A DNA stretch of 64,000 bases from Styela clava (taxonomy: Eukaryota): NCBI RefSeq assembly GCF_964204865.1, contig NC_135258.1, forward strand, positions 10,602,001 through 10,666,000, given 5' to 3'. Both the position numbers and the translations under genes were made by a program. The notes under the pieces are model-generated. The model saw nothing but the letters and a program-made list of their open reading frames with translations. It had not been told where the DNA came from and did no database searches. Shown here piece after piece: positions 51,754-64,000 of this stretch. Each line of letters starts with the position of its first letter. Within the stretch, counting starts at the first letter, position 1.

Positions 51754-54700
51754 TCAAAGCACTGTCACATCTTGGAATGAGCTACCATCGTGATGCTGAC
51801 ACTTGATGTCTTGAGCTGCGCTCTTATACCAAGCATCGAGCTCCTTAGACGTTTCGTCGTCCCATCTCATATTTTTATAGTTGGGAGAAACATCTTCGAG
51901 GTCAATATGTTGTGGACGATTTTTCAATCTCAAAAATGAATTATTTATTTGTAGTTTAAATTCGGTCAAACACACCAGAGGAGTGATTTGACAACCTTAA
52001 TAAAAACACCCTCTTATCGAATCTAAACTCTTGTTTACCACTGCGGTAGTCTATCAAATTATACGGAATAAAGCAAATACAACTCGAGATATTTCAATCT
52101 GAAACCAAAACTATGATATGGTCCAGTATATACCTAATCCTGAAGTCATTATACGCAAAGGAAATGATGGACTCCTCATTGTTTTACAGTAATTTACTAT
52201 TTGGAATATGAAAATCTAATTTTCTACTAGCACTACGATACACATAAGCACCCAGTCCACAATGTGCTATATTTTCAGCGAAGTACTTTCCATTTCAAAT
52301 GAGAAAGAAGCTAACGTAGGGTCTTATGAGACCGATATGTTTTTTTTTTTGAATAGTTCATAGTTACCTTTTCTCGCGCAAAAATAGTTATACTCACAAT
52401 TTTTCAAGAACGAAAAACTCAGTCAATGACGAAGCAGAAGTTGCGCTGGTACAAAGTTCTAGTGGAGCGAGAGGATAATAATGCAAAAAAGTAAGACACA
52501 TTTCATCAGTAAGTGCAGGTCCGGTAAAAGTAACTTTCTCTCTATTGGATGTATCATATGAACAATGAGTAGTCAGTGAATCGCCCTTAAATTAGATTAA
52601 AAGACTGAATTTGCCAGCTCCATATTTTCCCAATGTACCTAAACATCAAGTCCTACACAAGATGGGAACACAGTGTAAAATTATAAAATGGCTAATGTAA
52701 AAAAAAAACTAAATTTACACTCTGTTCGGTATAATTTACCAAACGCTGTTTTCTGATGAGACTATTCAAATTTTGTAAGTTTTATTGCCAGGTGGGACCT
52801 AAAAAAAAACTGAACCCAGATCATTTGGAACATATCCTAGACTAGAGTACGCCCTTAAAGTACGGAAAGCCAATTGTGAAATAAATAACCTCAATTTCGT
52901 AGAAGCAATTAAGAATTTAATAGATTTTTTAAAATACCCTACTTATTTACTAACCGGCATAACTTTCATCGGAGGATAAATTGGTCGTATTTCTTCAAAA
53001 AATGTTGAATAATGATCATCTCTGTTTATTTCCGGTAAGTTCGCACCATTTCTGAGATGTGTAACCCAAATTTTTCTCGAAGCTAAATGCGCGTGCAAAT
53101 GGGATGCGAAAATGTTTATGCCGTCGGGTAGCAGTCCCTGAATACATGATGTGTTGATAGTATGCGATGCCTCAAAAATTTCTGTTTCGCTGACCATATA
53201 TACCTCACCTGTTCCATATGAGTCACTTGGAAACTACGTGGAACAAGTGGACAAAAAGAACGTGTTGGACAATCATGACTAGGTGGGTAGGTAAACACGA
53301 GGGACAAGTGCGGCGGTGCACGAATAACGCGTCGGGCAATTGGGAGATTTTTGTATAGTAGGGTAAGTGTAGAACACGTGGTACAAGTGGAGACAAAACT
53401 AGAACAAGCTCGGGAAAAATAGAACACTCGGAACAAGAGTGGAACATGTGGCATGAATGGGACAAGTGATGCAAATGTGTGAAACGTTGGACAAGACATT
53501 TTTGAGGCAACCGACAATAGTTATATTATGAGGACAATAATATCGTTCTTTTATCCAACCCCTTGTTCTGACTATGCACTCCAATGCAATAAAGTGAACT
53601 TGTTTATATAACGGAATAAAGAAGTTTGGGTGCTCCTGAAGTATACGCACCAAGATGTCGCATAACCTGAACCCTAACCTGGTACACAACCTGAGTTCAG
53701 GATGTGCGTCATCTTGGTGCGTATACTACAGGAGGTCCGAAGTTTGGTATGAAACATTCTAGCGCCCGTCAACATTTTTTTAGGTTTAGGCTGTTGATGG
53801 GTGCTAGATGCTTCCAGTCACTTCTTTCCTCCTGTTTTTTTATTGGCCTTTGCTGCTGACTTGGTTTTTTTCCCATTTCCGCACTTTTTGGTAGTTTTCT
53901 TGATGACAATTGTTCATGACGAATAGCAAAATTATCTGCAGTTATCTTATATCAACAAGTTATATAGCCTACCTGTAATGTGCATTGTTTAGTACACGTT
54001 CCAGACAATACAAATTGATCTCTTTGTGGAGGTATTCCGAGAATTGTTTTGGAGTTGGTAACTCCGACCTCTAAAACCCCAGAGTCGTATTTTCTTGGAT
54101 GATTCGTGTAGAAAAATCGTATGCCCGAGTTGTCAACCACGCCACTTCGCCTGAATGGATTGTTGTAGTGAACTTCCAGTCTGAGGTATCTTGATTGATA
54201 AGATAATCCAAGAGGCAATCCCACTTCCTTAGGATACCAAGTTGTCTATAATTAAAGAGACTTTACGCTTTCTCGCTACTAAAAACCGCTGGGTAGTGTT
54301 GAATGACATTTCGATTTTTTACTACGGCAGTAGAATAGCTGTTGCATCGGATGCCAACAAATTAACTAATTAGGCAAATTTTGAATAACGGAATATATTA
54401 TAAATAGTTGAGTATACAGTCGAAGTTATTACTCACGGCCTAGAATCTAGATATTGCGGGGTTTATTTATATCAGATTTTATAACGTCACTCTATTGATA
54501 GTTAAGTGTTTTGGCGGCATTACAAATTAGTAACCAATACACAAACTGATATGTGCGTGACAATGATTATGTGACAGCCCGCATCTCTCTCTCTCGCTCT
54601 CTCTGAGTAAATAAATGCTAGCAACTCATTTAAAGATTTATTTAACTTACTGTTGCACCCATAGCCCAACCTCCGATCACTCTTTTACATCTTCTAACGT

Positions 54701-56534
54701 CATCGGGTACATTGCTAGAGGCCGAGAATCCACTGTATGGAGAAATTTCTCCATCGTTGGGGTCACATAAATACATCTAAAAAAGTTTTTATTCAGAAAT
54801 AGTTTGGACTTTTTTATTATATATATTCATATAAAGTTGACATCATTTTAACATATATACTTTTGTCAATAACTTACCAACATGTGATGAATTAAACCTG
54901 TACTGTTGCTAGATATAGCAGGACCAAAACCAATAACATGAATTTTCCCCACAATAGATTCTGGCAATTTGTGAATTGAACTCCAATAAGTTGTTACGCT
55001 AGACGGAAGAGAGATGTTTGGTTGTAACATAGTCATTGACATTATTTTTCCGTCATTTTTATTTCTGAAATAAGACTCGGGAATTTCTGGTTTCAATAAC
55101 TGAACTCGTATGAAACCCGATTTCAGATTGTATACGTTTAATTCTTTCTCGGTTGTGGTTCTTTGTACGTTGTAGGGAAAAGCTTCGGAACTCGAGTGAT
55201 TTTCTTCACCGCCTGCGTAGATAAAATCTTCGCATTACAAAAGTTTATAATATTTCTCATCTTATATATAGATTGAAACTATTCAATTAGTTTTTCGAAA
55301 TGATAGCGTCTAACTGAACTTCATATTTGCCTATGACTTTAATGACAAATCAAAAGTGGCCACTGTAGATTGTTAAATGAAGAAATAACTCTTCGACAAA
55401 TTTGTTGTCCTAAAATAAATGTCTATTTACCTCGACTCAATAAATAAATCAAATTAGTTGTTCCATTTTCCAGTTTGTAGTCATGGTCCTCGAGGGTATC
55501 AAAATATCTCCAAAATTCGATTGTAATTAAATTGCTGGCAACTTCATATGTTTTGAGAAAATAATTTTGAATATCATCATAGTGAATAAAACCGGCGTCA
55601 TCCGACCATCCATCCTTAATGAAAATGAACTTTTATATCAAAAAACTGTTGTAAAAATTGTGACATCAATTTTAAAAGTGATTCAAGAGTCTTGCTGCAC
55701 ACTAACACAAATGTATTTCTGTAACGTTTCGTTTGACCAAGGTCAAACTTCTTCAGGCAATTTTAAAAGTTGGCAAGTACAAAATAATGTCACTTCGAAT
55801 ACTACTTGTGAAAATTAATTCCACATAAATAATAAATCGTAATTAGATTTAAAATGAATGCTCTAATAGCATCACTGTTCTTATTTAGTTATCCGTTTTC
55901 TTGATAGCAAAGTATTTGAAACATTTAAACACAGTTCTGATTTTGGTCGCCAAAACTCTACCCAAATTAGGGATAGACGTTTGTTTAGTATCATGAATTA
56001 TTACATTATCAATCGTTGTATGCAATAAAGAATGCACATCAATATTAGTGCGAATGTTTGCTAAATTATAAATGATTGGCATCAGCAGCAGTCGCATTTT
56101 AAATTTAGCCCAATTTTTTTTTTTTTTCATGAAAATCATAAGTTCATTAATTATTACTTTAATTGCTACTTCTTCTTGGCTGTATTCCATCAATAAGATG
56201 TCGGCATTATTTACACCACCGCGGTCAGATATTCCAAATCCAATAAGCGTCGAAGAATCAGCAGAAAGTACCCGTCCACTCAGCTGTATAGTGATATCTA
56301 TTGACTTTTGACTGTAATCAACATCCCAAAAGAGTCTACAGGTCAAATTATCTGGTAGTTGAAAAACAAAACGTTCGAAGTATTAATCAGCATAGGTGCG
56401 ATAATGCAACTAATTTTATCCAATAAATAATATTAGTGCCACCTACCTTCATGAAATAATACAACTTCGTATTTACTGTTGTCTGATTCCGCTAAGCCCA
56501 ACGTTGTTAAAACGATGAAAATTAAAGTCAGCAT
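51754..56534 (-). CDS. DBH: Dopamine/tyramine beta-hydroxylase-like copper type II ascorbate-dependent monooxygenase, 9 exons, 581 aa
   Basis: Exons 56447-56534, 56158-56351, 55431-55614, 54878-55212, 54651-54776, 53973-54245, 52955-53137, 52398-52585 and 51754-51928 are all GT-AG and in phase (1746 nt). Features: signal peptide MLTLIFIVLTTLGLA, DOMON domain, RVQLLKP, CuH ligands HH and EVHYNNP, CuM ligands HAH and DEMC, INRDDHYS, HYYP..LELC. The symbol denotes the family; orthology is untested. Confidence 0.9.
53210..53500 (+). repeat. Degenerate array of short (g)gaaca(a/c/t)gtg motifs in DBH intron 6
   Basis: About 10 imperfect motif copies (ggaacaagtgg, ggacaagtg, gaacacgtgg, ggaacatgtgg). 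These explain the spurious ORFs here. Confidence 0.6.
53633..53734. mobile_element. About 100-bp palindromic mini-element; a partial second copy lies at about 50665-50735
   Basis: ctcctgaagtatacgcaccaagatg..acctgaac / gttcagg..catcttggtgcgtatactacaggag. Confidence 0.8.
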
Positions 56535-57030
56535 CTTGATATTTATATATAATGCAGATATATAAAGTCAATAAACAATTTCGGTATATACAGAAAATTA
56601 CATTTGAAGTAAAATTATTACGTAGCGAGTAAACATTTATTCAGCTAGCGATAAAAAATATATGACTACATTGCCACTAGATTGACTTTTCTTTCATATA
56701 GTGAGGAATTTCGCCAATCACAAAGGTGAGTTTGTTTGATATTTTTCACATTCTGCATAGAAGAAAGCGCTCATTCTGTACGTACAACCCATTGACGAAA
56801 AGTAATTTCAGATCACTTGGTTCTTTGATATATCGTTCATGGTAAAAAAAAAACGCTAACAACCTTGAAGTTGGTCTATATTTCAACAAGAATTCGAACC
56901 AACATGCAAGTTGAACAATAATAATGTACCTACTCATTACACATATTTTTTTTCGGCATAGGCAAAAACTAAACTCTTGACTTGCATCTAGAATAGACAA
57001 GTAATGATTCGTTATCCTATAATCTATATA

Positions 57031-58054
57031 CAGTGTTACCATCTACCTACAGTCAAAAATAAGCACGGTGACAAAAGGTTATTTTGGGGGCACTTAACAA
57101 CGGCAGAAACACAGTATTAAAACGAGAAAGAAATCACACACGAGTCTCTTCCGCACTCCAAATTTTTTATCCACTCCATTTTTTATTATTATTAGAAGTT
57201 GCTTCGAACAAGGAAGCCATGGAAAAGCACAAAGTCACAGCCACACCCACCAAGGGGGCCACCATGCCAGACGTAAAACTGATTTTACGTTTCACCGTAC
57301 AAGAAAACTCCCCGTTCTTTCTAGTTTCATTGCTTGATAAATTTATTTCACAGGGTGTTTTCACTTTGTTGAGCCTGAATTGTTTGAACACAGTGGGATT
57401 AGGAATCTACCAATCGAAGTAACACTTTATTCATTGGAATGATAAACAATGGGGTCATGAGTGCTTAACGTCCCTAGAACGGTGCTACACTGCTCCTAAG
57501 TCAAGTCTTCATACTTTGGTTTCCTCCAAAGGCTTTTGCAAGATTCTTATGTTTTGTTGGCACTAATTGCTGTTTTCCCCATGGCCTCTAGGTTGATGTC
57601 GCTGTCACAATAGCAGCAGTGAGCATAGCGCTTTCCCTTTCGACTTTGTGCTTACGCTTACTCTTTGTCTAAATTATGGTTTGTCCCTATAAGAAAACAG
57701 TATCCCTAAACACTAACAGCAACTATTGTAACTGTGTCACAGCTTGCCTGGAAATACCGCAAACCCTACCATTAACAGAAACGGTTCGCTCTGAGAGTGA
57801 GCGAGTCCGAGACTTGATGTTACGACGGAACGTAGAGCGCCAATACACGTTGTGTATAATGATAAAAATCGTCCCTCGTTTCCACGAAAGCTTTGTACGC
57901 AAAACATGAACGAGTCATTTATGTTTCTAAGACAGAATTAGCACGAAACTCAAAAATAAGCATTTTTCTTAGAAATAAGCACATCGTTACTTTATAAGAC
58001 GTGGGCTAGAAAATTAGAACAAATATCAGAAATAAGCACAATATGGTAACCCTG
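57031..58054 (-). mobile_element. Decayed hAT-like transposon
   Basis: TIR cagtgttaccat / atggtaaccctg (11/12) with subterminal aaataagca repeats. Remnants AHCCYCDSDINLEAMGKTAIS and IPNPTVFKQFRLNKVK. The TSD is degenerate. Confidence 0.65.
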
Positions 58055-59504
58055 CCTATGTGTAATACCAAAATCTTACGACGTGAAGTAAAAGACTTCT
58101 TCATCGTTTTTAGACGTACGCCTGCCAGTGCCAACATAGTTGAATGTGAAGTAATTTGCTTGTTGTAACAGCGATCGATCGCGGTCAAAATGATAGGAAG
58201 GAAGTCTAACCGTTTAACCGTTGGTTCTCAAGTTGTGCTACGTGTACCGTGGTAGCTTTTCGAGTGGTACACGAGCAGCTTTGAATTATTGCAACAATCA
58301 ACTCTCTTATCTTTTATTCGCTTAACGGAGTTTGTAGCGCTATCTGTCCTTGTACTTACGTTACACTGTTCTCTCCATACGCTCAAGGGGGACTGCACGG
58401 TATTCATTGAGCGCGATATCGTGCTGCCTGTAGTCCTCAGTCGTAGCCGACGCAGAACGGATACCAATTGCAGCGGTTAGATAGACTTTGCCAGAATATG
58501 TGCTCCCACTTATACAGTAATAATTAGTTCAGAAGATCACGTCCCTGTGTGCTGCAAAGCCGCACAATAGGTTCGAAGTTCACGATGCAAAAGAAAAAAA
58601 CTTTCTCAAATAGTGTAAAACAAAGCCATTAATTAAAGCAGATAAAATCAGAGCGGCAAAACACGATGCTCGCTAAGCGACAGCAAGAAGAACGACTGCG
58701 CTTAGGGTTTTGATTTTATCAATTCTTATAAAAACATCGTGTTTTAAAACAAGGGCTTGTTTTAATCGATTATTTTTCTGTATTCCCTTGCATCGCCGCG
58801 AAACTACAACAAAGCGTTGCTTTCTGGCAGCTGCACACGCAGCCGGAATTATAATTTTAAAAATGTAAGTAAAAATTCCTATTTTGACTTTTACTTCTAT
58901 TTTGCGTACATTTATCGCCACTCTTGTATCTTCACCAAAGTCATGAGATTTTAACCGGAATGTCTATCAGAGAGACGTTTTGAGTAAGAAAAATTATGAA
59001 ACTTAGCTCACGAGCCTACTACAAAAGAAATTAGATCAAGGGCAGCCTTCCGTTGCGATAATGAAGGTATGGTTACTAATTACTAGTAGACTGAAGGCCT
59101 ACTAGTGCGGTAAAATTGTTTTAAAATACTGTATCTAGATTGAAGAAATAAGGCATCCTAATTCATATTATATTGTAGTTTCACCGGTTAAACATTCTAC
59201 ACTTTCAAGTTCAGAAGTTATTCCCTTGTTCTTATTAATATTTACTGTTTTACCGGTCTGCTGACAGGCCAGTGCTTTCAATGGAGGACCAGTCCTATGC
59301 AATGATATCAGAATAGTGATATATTGATTTTTAAATTTCAGACTACTGCATTTTCAGATTTTGCTGTCGTTTGAAATAATTACAGAATTATTGGGCTAAA
59401 TGTATGCATATTTCAACTTGTACCTGTATACAGTTATATAATGTCTGAATGCCCTGTACTTTTCACAGAAATCGATTGCTTTCATACTATTTATAACTAA
59501 CCTT

Positions 59505-59702
59505 CCTCATTGTGCTGTGCCTGGGTGCGCATGGAATCGTCAGAAAGCGGATACAAGAAGTATTTTTATTGTCAAAAGGCCCGATTTAGTAAGAAATGAA
59601 GAAGAATAGGAGCACCGGACAACATTAACAAACTTCCTACTTTCCATGCGAGATACAACTCGACGAGACAAGATAAAGGAAATGTTGCACAGAGGATCGT
59701 AA
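59505..59702 (+). pseudogene. THAP-like zinc finger remnant (P-element/Kolobok-type), abutting a Tc2/pogo-like end at 59706
   Basis: PHCAVPGCAWNRQK...KRP...* with no ATG and an internal stop, followed by ccgtgtttccccgaaaataag. Confidence 0.5.
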
Positions 59703-61733
59703 GCACCGTGTTTCCCCGAAAATAAGAACTACCCTGAAAATAAGACCTAGCCTGAATTTTGAAAATGATTTTAATATAAGCTCTCTCCTAGTCGATAGCA
59801 AGAAATCTCTCCTACACGTTTTAAATGATTTATCTAAATTCTATAATAATTTAGATTATATAACGTGTGAGAGAGGAAAACGTGTTATTTATAAGTATAT
59901 ATATGAATATCGATTTTCATATTTTGTATATTTGAAAATCTCGTAATTCTCCATTTCGTAATTTTGTTTTTGACAAATGAAAATATAACAACTTCAGAAC
60001 CTGAAAATCAGAAATGCATTGTACAAATAATTAAACTGATATAGAGAGCTCTTCCGTATTGGAATCAACCTTTATTGCACATTCCCCATCCATATCAGTA
60101 TGTATCAGCTCATTCAATATGCCTGGTGTCAAATATTCACTAATGTCCATGCTGGTGGCCATTTTGAATAAAAATGATGGATACAGCAAATGAATATATA
60201 GAGAACTGAATAATATTCTGCATTAAAGGTAAAAATTGATTTAAAAGCACCAAAACAATATAAGGACGCAAGAACCAATAAACTTGGACTATCAGACTAA
60301 TAAAAAGTGTGAAGAATAAAATACCTGATGAAAAGCTATCGAATACCAAGTTTTTTTTCATTGAATTTCCTAATATTCAAATACATTTTTATTTACGTTA
60401 AGAATTAAAGTAAGCGCTCTGAGGGAGTGGTCGACGCGTGTCGAGATACCCTGGTAGCTCCTTGGTACATCATAGGCCCGAGGTTTACGATAATTCAGTG
60501 GTAGTCGAGCCTTTCAGCTCTGACGGCAGACGACGCAAAGGATCTTGCGACTTTGCACGTATTCAATACGTTGTAAGTGCATATAATCAATACGTTGAAA
60601 CTTTGCACGAAGCTCCAAAAGTGCATGTAGTGCCACATTATAGAATACTCACATAGCGCGTTTCCTGTGCCATTCTTCCCCTACCCAAAAAAGCCAATAC
60701 AATTAATATATCCAATATTTTGCTTATCGGTATTTTTGGTCAGGAACTGCCTTCATTTACTGATAGTTGGGGTAGCGAAGGCAGCTTGACAGTACCACGT
60801 AATGACTTGTTTGCAAACAGAGCCGTTTTTATTGGCTTCATTTCCGCGTTTTGACTAATTTTGCTACTCTCCTGCTAACCGTGGTTAGCATCGTTGCCTT
60901 CCAACATATCTAATTTCTTCATTCCAGAATCTACAGTTAACAACACTCAACATATTGTTAGTACAAATAAACTGCAAAAGTAAGCAGAGTTTTACCTCTC
61001 CCAAAATTCACTTTCATCGCTTTATTTTTAAATATGGGCACATACGAAACAATTTCTTGGGAAATGGATTGATATTTTGCGACACACTATTGGTTTGACA
61101 ACTGCTGGCATATTCATATTGTTTCGAGACTGTCATAATTCCATTTTGTTCTCGTTGTATTTCGTCACTTCGTGTATATTCAGATGGTTTGTGCAAATGC
61201 GTCGAGATGCAAATATTTAGTCTTGGGCTTGCCTTACAACATTCGCGGCAGTGCGATTACATTCGTTTCTTTCCGACAAATAGCTAGCATATTTACGAAA
61301 CAATTATGAGTTATCAAAGCGACTTGTTTACCGCTGACTTCAGATTCACGGTCGACGATTAAGAGATGTTTGACGGGACGCCTCGACAACGACCCCTTAG
61401 CTGTGATTTTACAACTTCACATTTTCCGATTTTACTACATAGGCCCACATTTAAAGCTGTCTCGGCTGTCTTTATTGACCATGTTGTTATCGGAATTTTA
61501 TGCGCATATTCACTGTCAAAATATAGGGTTCAGTTCGAAAAATAGGAAGGAATTTACGTTAACGATACCAGTACAAACAATTCGAATTTAGACCAATTAG
61601 TATTGGTTTTACATGCGATACGTCTGTCATCAATGGGAATCAGCGGGAAACGAACGCATTCACCTTCAGTAAGTAGGCTAGCGCTGCGCTACACAGAAAC
61701 AATAGTAACGAGAACATGTTTGTGTATAATGCT

Positions 61734-61829
61734 GGAAAAGCGGGACTTTTGGCTGACTTATCGGGACGGCGGGACAAAACGCTGAAAAGCGGGACTGTCC
61801 CGCCTGAAGCAGGACGTATAGTAAGCCTA
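61734..61829. mobile_element. hAT-Blackjack-like right end
   Basis: Repeated cgggac motifs ending ...gggactgtcccgcctgaagcaggacgtatagtaagccta. Confidence 0.5.
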
Positions 61830-64000
61830 AATTTAACACACACAAAGTTGAAAAAATCACGGCTTTCTTCACCATCAAATCCATACTTCTGGAAACATAT
61901 ATCTTGCTTAAATAATAACATACAAGACATGGACTGTTGACCTTACGAGAGGCATATGATCATACACTCTTATCGGCTTTCCTCTCCTGGGTAAATATGT
62001 AAACCTTTTCCTATCCTAACAATTTATGATGCATGTTGCTTATATTATTCAACTAAATTTTGCTAGGGTGAACATATTCTAGATACCGAGGAACAAACTG
62101 TGCTCTAGTGAAAGCTTTCAAAATTTCTCAGCATCTGGTAAACAGACGAACGGTCGCAATTTGCGTCATATTTAATTAATACAATTACCACAAATGATAA
62201 CTGGTATTAAAAACTCTATTAACATAATACAGAGTTCAGCCGAAACTCGCATGTTGGACCAGAAAAATACAAACTCGATGCCAGCATTTTTATACTATCA
62301 TTGCAGATCGTTTGTCTCTTAATATGGATTCAATGAACACCAGATATTAAATAGATTTTATACTATGACTTTCATTATTTTCAAAGTTATGATATTGTTT
62401 GCTTAACTGTTCAAAGTTTAGGCATGGATAATGGCAACAACAAAAATAAAGCAATTCACAACTTGCAGACTATATTTCAGCTACAGAACTGAGTATTTTA
62501 TCATCGGTTACCTGAACAGTTTACATTTAAAATCAACTATGTTTACAGTTGAAATTACAGCAGTGATAGAAAACATCATTACTATATAGAATGACGAACA
62601 AAAACATTTATATATGTACACAGATTTCAAATATGCTAGATTGAACGCAAACAGTAACACAAACATAGGGTATGTCTTGAAAAATATAAGATGTTTTCAG
62701 ATCCGAGCAGTTTTAACCGATCATGGTAGACGCAAGATTATAAGTTATATTATATCATGCAAATGTTTAAAATCATTGGTCTCACCTACAATATACCAAG
62801 AACCGACGATAGCAATCACCGTTCCAGAGTGGGCAAAAAAATTGGTTGAAATACTTTCTTAAAATGATGACATGTTGTTGGAAAGCAACTTAGTCATGTG
62901 AGTGAGTTGTAGACTCATTTCATTTTTTGAGTAAGAAATATATCGAGAAAAATTGTGAAACCTTTTATCATTGGTTGGGAATACCTCAAGTATAAATCTC
63001 ACAGAACCAAAAGTGCATGGAATTTCCTGATTGCAAATTTTCTTAGGAATGTATAACAAGTATCATATCATTTAACAATAATTATTCATTTCATTCATTT
63101 GCTATAAAACTTTAGAAAGAATAAAAATATGATGCTACTGTACCAAGAGAAAGAATTTCAATTCAAATAGAACCAGAAACTAATGTAACCATTTAACCAA
63201 TATATTTTTATATCAAAGTGGAATAATTTTTCCTAAAATATGATTCCATATTTCATGAAAAATGAAATCATTCTGAATTTACCAAAATCAAGTTCAAGAA
63301 ATTATAAATTTTACTCCAAAAAGATCCAGCAGTTTCAGAAAATAATCCGCAGACTGACTGCCAAATTCATGAAAAACATGAAAAAACTTGAAAGGCAAAC
63401 TTAAAAACAAACAAAAAATGATAAAAAGTAAAAAAAAATCAGGCATGATGCTAACAGTGGGATGGTAAATCCTACCATTGAAATTAAAATCAAAACAGCT
63501 AGGGGCTATAAATGGAAATTCTATATTCATTTCACAAATATGGATATATTTTTAACAACATATTGGGTAAAACTTGGTTCAAAAGTTGAGAAATTTTGAA
63601 TAAAATTGCACAACAAAATATCTTGATGGTCATGAATATTTTCAAAATTTATTCGAAAAACCATCAGTTTATTATCCCGCATTTTACATTCACGCTAAGG
63701 TATTCTCAAAAAAATTACAATTTTGAAGGTGAGTAAGAAGACAATTGCTTATTTAACGGATTGCACCTGATCATGCATGGACTTATACGAATAACAGAGA
63801 CCAATAAAAAAGCAAGAATCAACGATTTGGAACATTGGTCGATACTGCTGTCAGAAAATCTCTTTGCAAATTCATGTATCTTCCGACCCACCTCGAAAAT
63901 CTGCTTCTGTCATATTGTCCAATATAGAACAAAAATATTGGGAAAGATTGACTTGCCGTTGCACCATGTGAATAAGAAACGGCAACTGGATCAATCGACC

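Noticed and set aside
53116-53689. Overlapping ORFs of 95-133 aa
   Set aside because: They lie in DBH intron 6 over a low-complexity repeat and a palindrome.

Overview
This window is AT-rich, transposon-dense eukaryotic (metazoan invertebrate) DNA with short GT-AG introns. A tunicate is plausible, but that is inference only. It has three gene-level components. (1) A cluster of intronless, type-II-membrane-anchored proteins that appear to carry two glycosyltransferase domains: an intact copy at 3550-5292 (+), a divergent intact paralog at 27640-29337 (-), a full-length pseudogene at 19794-21524, and two fragments. The two intact paralogs show reciprocal motif loss, an EXT1/EXT2-like division of labour, and this is the most interesting system here. 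(2) A multi-exon minus-strand gene of unknown function (about 30.4-39.1 kb) with Cys-rich exons and acidic Ser-Gly exons. Its joined model is uncertain and contains in-frame stops. (3) A complete 9-exon, 581-aa dopamine/tyramine beta-hydroxylase-like copper monooxygenase at 51754-56534 (-), with all Cu ligands but paired loss of disulfides. The remainder is nested hAT transposons (several with TIRs and 8-bp TSDs read directly), MITE/foldback elements, non-LTR retrotransposon remnants and local segmental duplications. No rRNA, tRNA or CRISPR array was seen. Family assignments come from motif recognition by eye, not database searches.
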